64,000 nt of DNA, from assembly GCF_009914755.1 (NCBI RefSeq), contig NC_060942.1. One strand, 5' to 3'. Of this stretch, positions 29,540-41,045 are shown in pieces. This DNA comes from the human T2T-CHM13v2.0 reference genome, Homo sapiens. The position numbers and the translations under genes were made by a program. The notes under the pieces were generated by a model, which made no database searches, was not told where the DNA came from, and saw only the letters and a list, made by a program, of their open reading frames with translations. How positions within the stretch are numbered: the first letter of the stretch is position 1; each line of letters opens with the position of its first letter.

Positions 29540-32010
29540 CCCGGACAACTGTCCTCCAGATCTGTCACTATCCAAGGGATCCTAGGACAGCCAGTCACTA
29601 GATACTTCTCCCAGCCACTAAGCTGTGACTGGGGAGCTTTACTCTTTTCACATGCTTTTCTAATTATGCCTGAAAGCCCCACTACCTTGTTAGGGAGAGA
29701 CATTCTAGCAAAAGCAGGGGCCATTATACACCTGAACATAGGAGAAGGAACACCCGTTTGTTGTACCCTGCTTGAGGAAGGAATTAATCCTAAAGTCTAG
29801 GCAACAGAAGTACAATATAGATGATCAAAGAATGCCCATCCTGTTCAAGTTAAACTAAAGGATTCCACCTCCTTTCCCTACCAAAGTCAGTACCCTCTCA
29901 GACCTGAGGCCCAACAAGGACTCTCAAAGATTGTTACGGACCTAAAAGCCAAAGACCTAGTAAAAGCATGCAATAGCCCCTGCAATACTCCAATTTTAGG
30001 AGTACAGAAACCCAGTGGATAGTAGAGATTAGTGCAAGATCTGAGGATTATCAATGAGGCTGTTGTTTGTCTATACCCAGCTGTACCTAGCCCTTATACT
30101 CTGCTTTCCCAAATACCAGAGGAAGCAGAGTGGTTTACAGTTCTGGACCTTAAGGATGCCTTTTTCTGCATCCCTGTACATCCTGACTCTCAATTCTCAT
30201 TTGCCTTTAAAGATCCTTTGAACCCAACGTCTCAACTCACGTGGACTGTTTTACCCCAAGGGTTCAAGTATAGCCCCCATCTATTTGGCCAGGCATTAGC
30301 CCAAGACTTGAGCCAACTCTCATACCTGGACACTCTTGTCCTTTGGTACAGAGATGATTTAATTTTAGCCACCTGTTAAGAAACCTTGTGCCATCAAGCC
30401 ACCCAAGCACTCTTAAATTTTCTCGCTACCTGTGGCTACAGGTTTCCAGATGAAAGGCTCAGCTCTGCTCACAGCACGTTAAATACTTAGGGCTAAAATT
30501 ATCCAAAGACACCAAGGCCCTCAGTGAGGAACGTATCCAGCCTATACTGGCCTATCCTTATCCCAAAACCCTAAAGCAACTATGATGGTTCCTTGGCGTA
30601 ACAGGTTTCTGCCGAATATGGATTCCCAGGTATGATGAAACAGCCAGACCATTATATACACTAATTAAAGAAACTCAGAAAGCCAATACCCATTTAGTAA
30701 GATGGACACCTGAAGCAGAAGTGGCTTTCCAGGCCCTAAAGAAGGCCCTAACCCAAGCCCCAGTGTTAAGCTTGCCAACGGGGCAAGACTTTTCTTTATA
30801 TGTCACAGAAAAAAACAGGAATAGCTCTAGAAGTCCTTACACAGGTCCAAAGGACAAGCTTGCAACCCATGGCATACCTGAATAAGGAAATTGATGTAGT
30901 GGCAAAGGTTTGGCCTCATTGATTATGGGTAGTGACAGCAGTAGCAGTCTTAGTATCTGAAGCAGTTAAAATAATACAGGGAAGAGATCTTACTGTGTAG
31001 ACATCTAATGATGTGAACGGCACACTCACTGCTAAAGGAGACTTGTGGCTGTCAGACAACTGTTTACTTAAATATCAGGCTCTATTACTTGAAGGTCCAG
31101 TGCTGTGACTGCGCACTTGTGCACCTCTTAACCCAGCCACATTTCTTACAGACAATGAAGAAAAGATAGAACATAACTGTCAACAAATAATTGCTCAAAC
31201 CTATGCCGCTCAAGGGGACCTTTTAGAGGTTCCCTTGACTGATCCCAACCTCAACTTGTATACTGATGGAAGTTCCTTTGTAGAAAAAGGACTTCAAAAA
31301 GTGGGGTATGGCAGTGGTCAGTGATAATGGAATACTTGAAAGTAATCCCCTCACTCCAGGAACTACTGCTCAGCTGGCAGAACTAATAGCTCTCACTCAG
31401 GAACTAGAATTAGGAGAAGGGAAAAGGGTAAATATATATACAGCCTCTAAGTATGCTTGCCTAGTCCTTCATGCCCATGCAGCAATATGGAGAGAAAGGG
31501 AATTCCTAACTTCCAAGGGAACACCAGTCAAACATCAGGAAGCTATTAGGAGATTATAACTGCCTGTACAGAAACCTAAAGAGGTGACAGTCTTACACTG
31601 CCAGGGTCATCAGAAAGGAAAGGGAAGTAGAAAGGAACTGCCAAGTGGATATTGAAGTCAAAAGAGCACAAGGCAGGACCTTCCATTAGAAATGCTTATA
31701 GAAGGATGCCTAGTATAGGGTAATCCCCTCTGGGAAACCAAGCCCCAGTACTCAGCAGGAAAAATAGAATAGGAAACCTCACAAGGACATACTTTCCTCC
31801 CCTCCAGATGGCTAGCCACTGAGGAAGGAAAAATACTTTCACCTGCAGCTAACCAACAGAAATTACTTAAAACCCTTCACCAAACCTTCCACTTAGGCAT
31901 TGATAGCACCCATCAGATGGCCAAATTATTATTTACTGGACCAGGCCTTTTCAAAACTATCAAGAAGATAGTCAGGGGCTGTGAAGTGTGCCAAAGAAAT
32001 AATCCCCTGC
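29540..32010 (+). pseudogene. pol: HERV-W pro-pol remnant: protease C-half, RT, RNase H, integrase HHCC zinc finger; multiple stops and frameshifts
   Basis: LLGRDIL (protease); QDLR, LDLKDAFF, LPQGF, YRDD (degenerate YXDD); YTDGSS and AQLAELIAL (RNase H); HQTFH...CEVC (integrase). Confidence 0.95.
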
Positions 32011-32266
32011 ACTGCAGGCCATACATTTCAATCCCTGTATCTTTAACCTCCTTGTTAAGTTTGTCTCTTCCAGAATCAAAACCGTAAAACTACAAATTGT
32101 TCTTCAAATGGAGCACCAGATGGAGTCCATGACTAAGATCCACCGTGGACCCCTGGACCGGCCTGCTAGCCCATGCTCCGATGTTAATGACATTGAAGGC
32201 ACCCCTCCCGAGGAAATCTCAACTGCACAACCCCTACTATGCCCCAATTCAGCGGGAAGCAGTTAG
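32004..32266 (+). pseudogene. env: HERV-W env remnants: 36-nt SU island (32004-32039) and TM cytoplasmic tail (32033-32266)
   Basis: The island reads PLHCRPYISIPV; the tail reads PCIFNLLVKFVSSRIKTVKLQIVLQMEHQMESMTKIHRGPLDRPASPCSDVNDIEGTPPEEISTAQPLLCPNSAGSS*. Confidence 0.92.
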
Positions 32267-32312
32267 AGCGGTCATCAGCCAACCTCCCCAACAGCACTTG
32301 GGTTTTCCTGTT

Positions 32313-32324
32313 GAGAGGGGGGAC
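32313..32324 (+). other. Polypurine tract
   Basis: GAGAGGGGGGAC immediately before the LTR start TGAGAGACAGG. Confidence 0.85.
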
Positions 32325-32649
32325 TGAGAGACAGGACTAGCTGGATTTCCTAGGCCAACGAAGAATCCCTAAGCCTAGCTGGGAAGGTGACTGCATCCAC
32401 CTCTAAACATGGGGCTTGCAACTTAGCTCACACCCGACCAATCAGAGAGCTCACTAAAATGCTAATTAGGCAAAAATAGGAGGTAAAGAAATAGCCAATC
32501 ATCTATTGCCTGAGAGCACAGCGGGAGGGACAAGGATCGGGATATAAACCCAGGCATTCGAGCCGGCAACGGCAACCCCCTTTGGGTCCCCTCCCTTTGT
32601 ATGGGCGCTCTGTTTTCACTCTATTTCACTCTATTAAATCTTGCAACTG
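32325..32649 (+). promoter_or_regulatory. LTR17 U3-R with promoter motifs
   Basis: TGAGAGACAGGACTAGCTGG start; CCAAT at 32438 and 32495; octamer-like ATGCTAAT at 32459; TATAAA at 32543. Confidence 0.85.
32633..32638 (+). terminator. LTR polyadenylation signal ATTAAA
   Basis: Ends 11 nt before the genomic poly(A) run. Confidence 0.85.
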
Positions 32650-34049
32650 AAAAAAAAAAAAAGAAAATATTTTCAAATTCAGATTAATTCTGGACAAGTT
32701 AGAGAGATAACTTCATTTATTCAATTTATATAAATTTTTTTCAAATAGTTTTACTTTGTACTGTAAGGTACTGGAATATAAACTAACTAGTAATAAATAT
32801 TATCTAAAATAACAAACCAAAGAGAACCTTACTTACAAAGACTATAAAATTAGGGCTTTCATTTTCATCTAATAATGTAATAATGAACATATGATAATTT
32901 ATTCATACTGATTAAAATAATCTCAAAATTGTAATTTAGTAAAATAGTAAATCCTATTTTTCCTCTGTAAAATGTTTAAACTCATAGCAAATGATCCAAA
33001 CATCTGAAAGAAAGGTTATTTTACTCATCTTCAACTTGTAATTCTAGCAGACAACAACATTAACAAAAATGGTATTTCTAGAAGAATCTAAGTTCATAAG
33101 TTTGCATATCTCATGAGAAGATAGATTAAAGAAAGATCTGTGGCAATACCTGTTTCAGAAAGAATGGCATATTTAGATTTGGAGAACAAGCTTCAAAATG
33201 TGATTCAAACATCCATAAATTTTTGTCAAAAAATGTATTTCAAACATTTGTCTTTTTCTTGGTAAAATCAAACAAGATCTAAGAAAAATCAGAACTCTAA
33301 AAGTACAGAGGAAGTTGAAGTTGTACCTAGGAGAAATTATTAATCACCATTAGACACAGCTTTTGACAGAAAAAGTAAAATTATTAAAACTTTTATTGGA
33401 CTCTTGTTCATACAATCAACTTATATTCAAAACATAATTCCAAAGTCACCCATGGAACTGTCAAGAGGATGTCTGTATATTTTGAAATTATAAAATATAG
33501 GTTATAAAATGAATATATATGAATATTCTTTTTGATACAATCAAAGGCAATTTTTGCTATAAATCTTTTGTGATTTTAGGAGGCAGTGAGAATTTGATAT
33601 TTTAAGGCAATTACTAGAGAGACACTGAAATACAGCACTATCAGCAAAAGCAAATTTGAAAGATATTCTTACCTAAAGAGTCCTGGACACAAAAAGCTGC
33701 TTAATGCTTAATGGAAGTCTATTTTTTGGTTTTATACAGAAAGGAATGCTACTTTTACTGGTAAAATCAACTACAAAAGATGTTAAAAGACATAGCTCCT
33801 GATTCAAGAGAGTTTTTCTGTTATAATGTATGTACCTCCCAAAGTGCCTAGCCCATTTTAGATGGGACTCCTCATCGGTAAAGAATAGGTAAACCAAAGA
33901 TCTCTTGTGAAGATTAAATGACATTAAGATATCATTATTTGAAGATTACATTTATAAGATATCAAGTTTTATGTGTCAATAAAATGAGGTTGCTCTGATT
34001 TGCAATGATTTTAGAAACCTCTACAAAAGAAGCACTTAGACAAACAACA

Positions 34050-34350
34050 GAAGTATGTCTAATAGAAATATGTCTGCTAAATACTTAATTTTAAATTTTC
34101 TAGTAGCCACATTACAAATTTTAAAAAAAGAAGTTTAAAAGTATAGTTTATTTAACCCAATACATCCAACATATGGTCGTTTCAAACAGTAATCAAGATA
34201 CAAATTATTAATTTGATATTTTCCTTTGTTTGACAAGTTTTTGAAACCTGGTATATATATTATGCTTACTGAACATCTTAATTCACACTAGTCTTATTTC
34301 ACGTTCTCAATAGCCATATATATCTAGTAGCTAAATAATGGATTGTGCAG
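34050..34350. mobile_element. MER33 (hAT-Charlie MITE)
   Basis: TAATTTTAAATTTTCTAGTAGCCACATTA ... TATTTAACCCAATA ... CTCAATAGCCA. Confidence 0.75.
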
Positions 34351-34634
34351 ACTTAGATATTGATAAATGTTAGTATTACCTGTCTTGTAGCAAGGACAAT
34401 CTATCAATACAGTTCACAACAGGTTCATTATTCCATCCTTCCTGGCACTCCAATGTCTTTTCTCTTGCCCCTCCTCAGTCCTGCCCCTTGAAGTCCTCAA
34501 TCATTGCACCATTATTTGTTCATAATCTACTACATTACAGACAATGTTCTCGTCATTGAAGAAACAACAGAAAACAATACAAATAAGTCCTCTGTCATCA
34601 TCACCCTATATTCTACTGGCTACATCACTTTCTG

Positions 34635-35350
34635 TATCAATTAGTGATGGTCAGAGGTACAGAACCACTGTTAATGATATGGAATAAGGTATTGATTACA
34701 AAGATTAGGCCTTACTCAATGACGAGAACTAGTTAAGTGGCCTATGTAAATCAGCTGTTTCTGCATCTAGTGTTTGCCCTGAAGTCAGCAGAGCTTATAG
34801 TAAAGAAGGAAAGATGATATTAATTGGGGTAGATTTGATCATTACACATTGTATGCTTGTATCAAAATATCATCTTTAGCCCATAAATATGTGCAACTAT
34901 TACATATCCACAAAAAGTGAAAATAAAAATTAAAAACTGAAATCAAGAAATTTACTTGAAACCTCATCTGCCTCTTGCTGGTATTAATCCTGATGCTGTG
35001 AGTGGTGGATAGACTAGCACCATCTGCTACAGAGCAATGAAGGGTACCTGGACCAAGACTCAGAATCTATGAAAAAAAAATATCAGGCAGGAGCTGGAGG
35101 AACTTTGGTCTGTCTGCTGCCCCATGTCCACAATACAAACACATCATCAGCAAATACCTGCATGAACAGTGGCAGTACCCATCTTATAACAATTTTTAGT
35201 ATGTACCCGTGTTTGCCCCTTGACTTCTGCCTTCCAGTTCTGCACAAATTCCCCTTGTGGCCAGTTTCAACGCAGGATCATAAAGGAATGAAAATACAAT
35301 GAAAAAGAATTTTAGCTTAGCTAATTTGACGTGGTAAAAATCCACCATAA
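34635..35350. mobile_element. Old ERVL-class LTR containing an L1MA 3'-end fragment (about 34830-34940, +)
   Basis: GATTTGATCATTACACATTGTATGCTTGTATCAAAATATCA is an L1MA terminus; the flanks are LTR-like. Confidence 0.45.
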
Positions 35351-36969
35351 TATCTACCTCATGGGGTATTCCTGATATCCTCTTTACAAATATTGATATT
35401 TATTTTTCTCTATTTCATTTGATATGGTGTAATGAAAGTTTTGTCAAAGAAGCTTGACTATCTAATCAAAATGTCAGAAAAGTAAGCAGTTTGCAAAAAC
35501 CAGGTTTACGTGTACTAATCTGCATATTTTTTAATACTACTTTACATGTCCAAGAATGCTGAAGTTAGTAATAGGGCTTCCTTTAAATTGACACACAGAA
35601 GAGGTGTTCCACTTACATGAATGATCTAGATATATTGAGGTTACCCCATTAAACTCATAAAAATTAATCTGTTTAGTGAAAGCATCATTATTTTAGTAGT
35701 CAATTCTGTGCTAAAGTCGTTGATGTCTCCAAAAGATCACAGTCATTTTCCATTGCCATTTAATAATGACAAGGTACTTTTGAAATTAAGTCAAAGATGG
35801 TGAAATTATTAACTTAAAAATTATTTCTATACAGCTGCTTAGAAAGTCACTGAAAAGAACAGGAAATAAGTAATACCTAAGCTGGCCAAGAAGCAATCCA
35901 AACACATTAGGAAATAATGCATTTACTGATCTCTACTTGTCTACAATACATAACAAATGAAAACATCTAAAACAAGAGCTATGCTCACTTAATTAAATTT
36001 ACAATTTTTGTCATACATTGCAACTTGCTTTCTTAATATGCATTTTAACTATCTCAACCCAACTTTTAACAGTCCCTTTCTTTTCATTTCAACAGTGATA
36101 AATAATCAGTCTACAATTTTTGCTGCCGTCAATGTATCAACCTCTATGGATTTTTCCTTACTTATCTTCAAGTAAATCTTTGGCAGGCAAGGAAATTTGA
36201 TTACTGTAATTCAGGGGAAACTTCTGTACATTCATGAATAGACCCCTAGTGACAATGCAAAGGACTTTTTATCTTCTTTCAAATCATGGGCTTTGTCACA
36301 TCTATCTGGGTTGCTCAGATATATATTTCACTTAATTTGCTTTCTCTTTCTGTATTCAGAAAATGATATATTACCAGATTAATTAACTCAGAATAAGTTG
36401 GGGATTAATTTATGTATACATGTAGAATTTATGTTTAATTATATTGTCACTAGTGATTTTGCTAGTCTTGGTTTCTGTTGTTAACTACGACAATTCTAAA
36501 TGCTTTTATTGCCTATCATAAAATAGCTATTTGGAACAAATTCCAATGATACCACTGGCAAAACTCTATGGAAAATTACTTCCAATTCAGTGTTTCATTT
36601 CTTATGCTTTCCTCTTATTTAATTCTTCCTGAAATGAATGTTTTTTTCACTTACAATCTGAGACATGATGAAATGTTAATAAGAGTTATTTCCTAAGATT
36701 ACTGGAGACATTTCAATTTGAGTTACTTATTTGAAGGTGATATATTAATGACCTACATAAATACTTTTGATTTTTAACTACTGATGAAACTATATTGTAT
36801 GAAATTAACTTAGTGCTGATAACATCATCTCCTGAATTCTGAAAAAGGGGATGCTAATTACAACTTTTCAATTCCTTTTGTTTAGTGATTTTTCACTTTT
36901 TATCTTCTTAAATTCATGTTTTATGACACTCCATTGCAATCAAATATAAGATGTTTTAGTTATAAAACA

Positions 36970-37200
36970 TACTATTTATTGAGCATTTATGCTGTGGTTG
37001 TTACTACACATGAAATATCTTATGTCCTCTCAATTAATCAAGATAAGTAGTGGTATCTATCTCTCTTTTTATCTACATAGAAACTGAGGTTCAAAAAGTT
37101 ATGTAACTTGCCCTAGATTACACAGCTGTATGAGTCATAGCAAGAAATTTAATCTAGCTCAGTTTGAATCCAGACTATGTGCTCTTTCCTCTCCAGCATA
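36970..37200 (-). mobile_element. MIR
   Basis: TATTTATTGAGCATTTA ... GAAACTGAGGTTCAAAAAGTTATGTAACTTGCCC. Confidence 0.75.
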
Positions 37201-37583
37201 TTGTGCTGTTTTTGTCAAAAAAGAAACTCAAGAGGATATACTACATATATTTTTATACAGATACAAAAAATAAATATGTGCCTCCAAATAACATGCACAT
37301 GGGAACACTTATTATGAAAAAGAGGTATAACTGTTTGATTTATGTCAAAGAGTTTTGTGAAGTTGATATATGTGATCAGTTTTGTATTTCATAAAGAACT
37401 GTCTAAACAACAAGTTTCAAAATTATTTAGCAGCTAAGGTGGAATAAATGAGTGGAAAAGAACACAGCCTCTGCCTGTGTTTCTGATTTGGTAGTTAAGA
37501 GGAAATAAAGAGAGAAATATAAGACTTAGAATTTTTATGACTCTGAGAATTTTGACAATGAGAAATCATTGGAAAATTGATAC

Positions 37584-37884
37584 TTTATTTATTTATTATT
37601 TTGCATCAGGGTCTTGCTCTGTTGCCCAGGATGGAGAACAGTGGCATAATCATGACTTACTATAGCTACAACCTCTTAGGCTCCAGTGATCCTCCTGCCT
37701 CAGCCTCCCATGTAGCTGGGACTACAGGCATGCATCACCATGCCTGGCTTACTTTTTTATTTTTTGTAGACATGAAATTTTGTTATGTTGCCCAAGCTGG
37801 TCTCAAACTCCTGGCTTCAAGGTATCTGCCTGCCCTGGCCTCCCAAAGTGCTGAAATTACAAGTGTGAGGTGCTATGCCTAGCC
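37584..37884 (-). mobile_element. AluJ
   Basis: Antisense dimer; CATAATCATGACTTACTATAGC and GATCCTCCTGCCTCAGCC J-type features. Confidence 0.9.
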
Positions 37885-38479
37885 TGAAAAAAAGTATATT
37901 TATATACAGCAGAAAGTTTATTATTTATCTAATAATGATTCAAAAATATCAAAATGTTTTATTTAACCTACAGAATACTTTTATAAGATGTATTTTATAC
38001 ATGTAGTATCTTCTCATATCACTGGTGTACAGTTATTTTTTTCTGTTCTCTAATCTTTGGTAATACCACCTACAATTGAAAGTCATATATTTTGTTGATG
38101 TCTCCAGACAGATAAATTCAGAAGTGTCAATTTATTACTGACTTTTTAATCTTCCTTGCATTTTCTCCAAAACTCTTCCATTTTTGTTTTTATTAACTCA
38201 GAATTCTAAGTTTATCAGAATAATTTAAATTGGTTGCTAAGTCTTCTTTAAGTATTGAGGTACAGATGGAAATATCATGGAAGTTATTTGAATTTTCAAA
38301 ATCCTTTTAGTGCTTTTAGGTAAAAACATATTGAATAATATATGCAATTAAAACAGACATACAATAAAAATTATTCCACATCTATTAGTTGCTAGAAACA
38401 GTAGGGTTTGATAATACAGGTATTTATACCATTGGCCAAGGTACAATGTGACAGTATATTGTGGGGTATAACAGATTAA

Positions 38480-38635
38480 TGTACGACTTTGGGCAGATTA
38501 TTTAACCTCTCTGTACCTCAGTTTTATCATCTACAAAATGAAAGTACTAATGTGATTTTCACTACATTGTGGTGAATATCGGAAGTCTTAGTCCTTGTAA
38601 AGTCCTGAGAATAGTGTCCAGTATTTAGTAAGGAA
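38480..38635 (+). mobile_element. MIR
   Basis: GACTTTGGGCAGATTATTTAACCTCTCTGTACCTCAGTTTTATCATCTACAAAATG. Confidence 0.8.
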
Positions 38636-38649
38636 ATGGTCCAGAGGCA

Positions 38650-39453
38650 ATTTCTCAACCACAGTACAAAACTGGAACATAAATTAAGGCTGACAGTCTC
38701 TTTGAATTGCTGAGACAAAGATTGAATATAATATGTGAGACAGAATATTCCGTGAGAGGAATCTGCACAGGGAGAAATTTCCAGAGATCTCAATAAAGAT
38801 ATTTTCAAGCCTTTGGCTGAGTACTATTACGAATATGCATTAGAGGAAACTTCCTAAGATTGAGGAAAGAATCAAAGAAGAGTAGAATGAACAATTCATG
38901 CATCCCATACGGTGTTGAGAATAGTTGTGTTCTCACCAACCAGAATGGAAAGACCTCATAATACATGGCGCACTGAGTAGAGTCCTAAGAAGTGAATGAC
39001 CTTAGTGGTGGAGCTAACGTGACGTTCAATTAATGCTAAATTCAACATTTACATAACACAACCACTTAAAATAATAAAACCAAATTTGGAATGTCAAAAT
39101 GTAAAATTTACTGGGTTTGACATCCAATGTAAAATTATTAGGAATTCAAGAAAGGCATTCAAAGTTATAATGCGTAGTGAAGAGAACAACAAGAGAAATA
39201 AAACAAAAATGAAAAGTTGATGGAATTAGCAGACAAGAGTGTTTAAATAATTACTATAAATATGTTCACATGTGCAAAAGACAGGCAACACATTTAAGGA
39301 TAAGAAGACAAGTTGAATATATAAAAGATGACTCAGATAAGACTGAACAAAGTAAAAATAAAATATTTTTAATGAAAAAAAAAACACCAGTATGAGTTGA
39401 CAGCAGATTAATACCACAAAGAAAAAAAAATGACTGAACTTCAAGATAGTACC
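38650..39453 (+). mobile_element. L1M 5' UTR / ORF1 start
   Basis: CCAGAGATCT ... CTTTGGCTGAGTACT; GATGGAATTAGCAGACAAG; TGAACTTCAAGATAG. Confidence 0.6.
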
Positions 39454-39826
39454 TGTATTAGTCTATTCTCATGCTGCTAATAAAGACATACTCAAGACTG
39501 GGTAATTTATAAAGGAAGGAGGTTTAATTGACTCACAGTTCCACATGGCTGGGGAAGTCTCAAAGTCATGAAGGAAAGGGAAAGAGGAGCAAAGTCATGT
39601 CTTACGTGGCAGCAGGCAAAAAGAGGAGATGTGCAGGGGAACTCCCCTTTATTGATTGTTTATAAAACAATCAATCTCATGAGACTAATTCACTATCATG
39701 AGAATAGCATGGGAAAAACCTGTCCCCATTATTCAATTACCTCCCACTGGGTCCCTTCCATGATATGTGGGGATTATTACAATTCAAGGTGAGATTCAAG
39801 TGGGGAGACAGATCCAAACCATATCA
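39454..39826 (-). mobile_element. THE1 (B/C-like) LTR
   Basis: TGTATTAGTCTATTCTCATGCTGCTAATAAAGACATAC ... AAACCATATCA. Confidence 0.9.
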
Positions 39827-40631
39827 TTCTGCCCCTGGCCCCTCCCAAATCTCATGTCCTCATATTTCAAAGCCAATCTTGCCTTCTCAATAATTCCTCA
39901 AAGTCTTAACTCATTTCAGAAGTAACTCAGAGGTCCACAGTCCAAAGTCTCATCTGAGACAAGCCAAGTCCCTTCCACCTATGAGCCTGTAAAATCAAAA
40001 GCAAGTTAGTTGCTTCCTAAATACAATGGGGATACAGGCATTGGGTAAATACACCCATTCTTAATGGGAGAAATTGGCCAAAACAAAGGGGCTACAGGCC
40101 CCATGCAAGTACAAAATCCAACGGGGCTTCCAAATCTTAAAAGTACTAAATGATCTCCTTTGACTCCATGTCTCACATGGAGGTCACGCTGATGCAAGAG
40201 GTGAGTTCCCATGGTCTTGGGCAGCTCCACCCCTGTGGCCTTGCAGGGTACAGCCTCCCTCCTGGCTGCTTTCACAGGCTGGCACTGGGTGTCTGCAGCT
40301 TTTCCAGGTGCACAGTGCAAGCTGTTGGTGGATCTACCGTTCCAGGGTCTGCAAGATGATGGCCCCCTTCTCACAGCTCCACTATGTAGTACTCCAGTGG
40401 GGACTCTGTATGGGGGCTCTAACCCCAATTTCCCTTTTGCACTGCCCTAGCAGAGGTTCTTTATGAGGGTCCCACCCCTACACAAACTTCTGCCTGCACA
40501 TTTAGGCATTTCCATACATCCTCTGAAATCTAGGTGGAGGTTCCCAAATCTCAATTCTTGACTTCTGTGCACCCACAGGCTCAACACCACGTGAAAGCTG
40601 TCAAAGATTGGGCTTGCACCCTCTGAAGCCA
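39827..40631 (-). mobile_element. THE1 internal region, truncated
   Basis: TTCTGCCCCTGGCCCCTCCCAAATCTCATGTCC abuts the LTR; homology ends at CCCTCTGAAGCCA. Confidence 0.9.
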
Positions 40632-40699
40632 CTTTTCTCCCTCACTTCCGTGACTTCAGGATGGAGCTGGGGCCCATGTGAAAAAAGCAAGTGAGCAGG

Positions 40700-41002
40700 G
40701 GGAGAGTTCAGCAGTGGTAAATGGCAGCTGAGCAGGAGAGCGTGTATATGAAGTCAGAGACTGATAAAGTAGAGACAATTGAGTAATTAGTAAATATGTT
40801 AAGGATTATGAGACCAAGGTTTCTGAAATTGGAGAAGATATTTAGAAAAATGAAAATGGGAGAGCAGAAACAAACCTTGATGTGTTAGATTTGAAAGCAT
40901 CAGTGTAAACTCATGGTTATCAAATATGTATAGATATAGAAAAAATGCCAATGGAAAACATATTTTTTGTGTGTGTTTGCATGTTTGTATGTGTGAGTAT
41001 AC

Positions 41003-41045
<43 letters not shown>

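Larger units (their letters stand above)
29540..32662 (+). mobile_element. HERV-W (HERV17/LTR17) processed pseudogene, 5'-truncated
   Basis: Order is pro-pol, deleted env, PPT, U3-R, then a poly(A) run at 32650-32662; no U5, 5' LTR or gag; AGAA duplicated at 29536-29539 and 32662-32665. Confidence 0.95.

Noticed and set aside
29513-31559. Retroviral ORFs as functional protease, RT or RNase H
   Set aside because: Fragmented by stops and frameshifts; the protease N-half with its catalytic motif is missing; the RT motif reads YRDD and is followed shortly by a stop
32004-32266. ERVW-1 (syncytin-1) or another coding env
   Set aside because: Most of env is deleted, and the 12-nt segment absent from syncytin-1 is present
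29540-32662. Integrated provirus
   Set aside because: No 5' LTR, PBS, gag or U5; poly(A) follows R directly
40006-40632. 140-aa and neighbouring ORFs
   Set aside because: THE1 internal sequence, not a cellular gene
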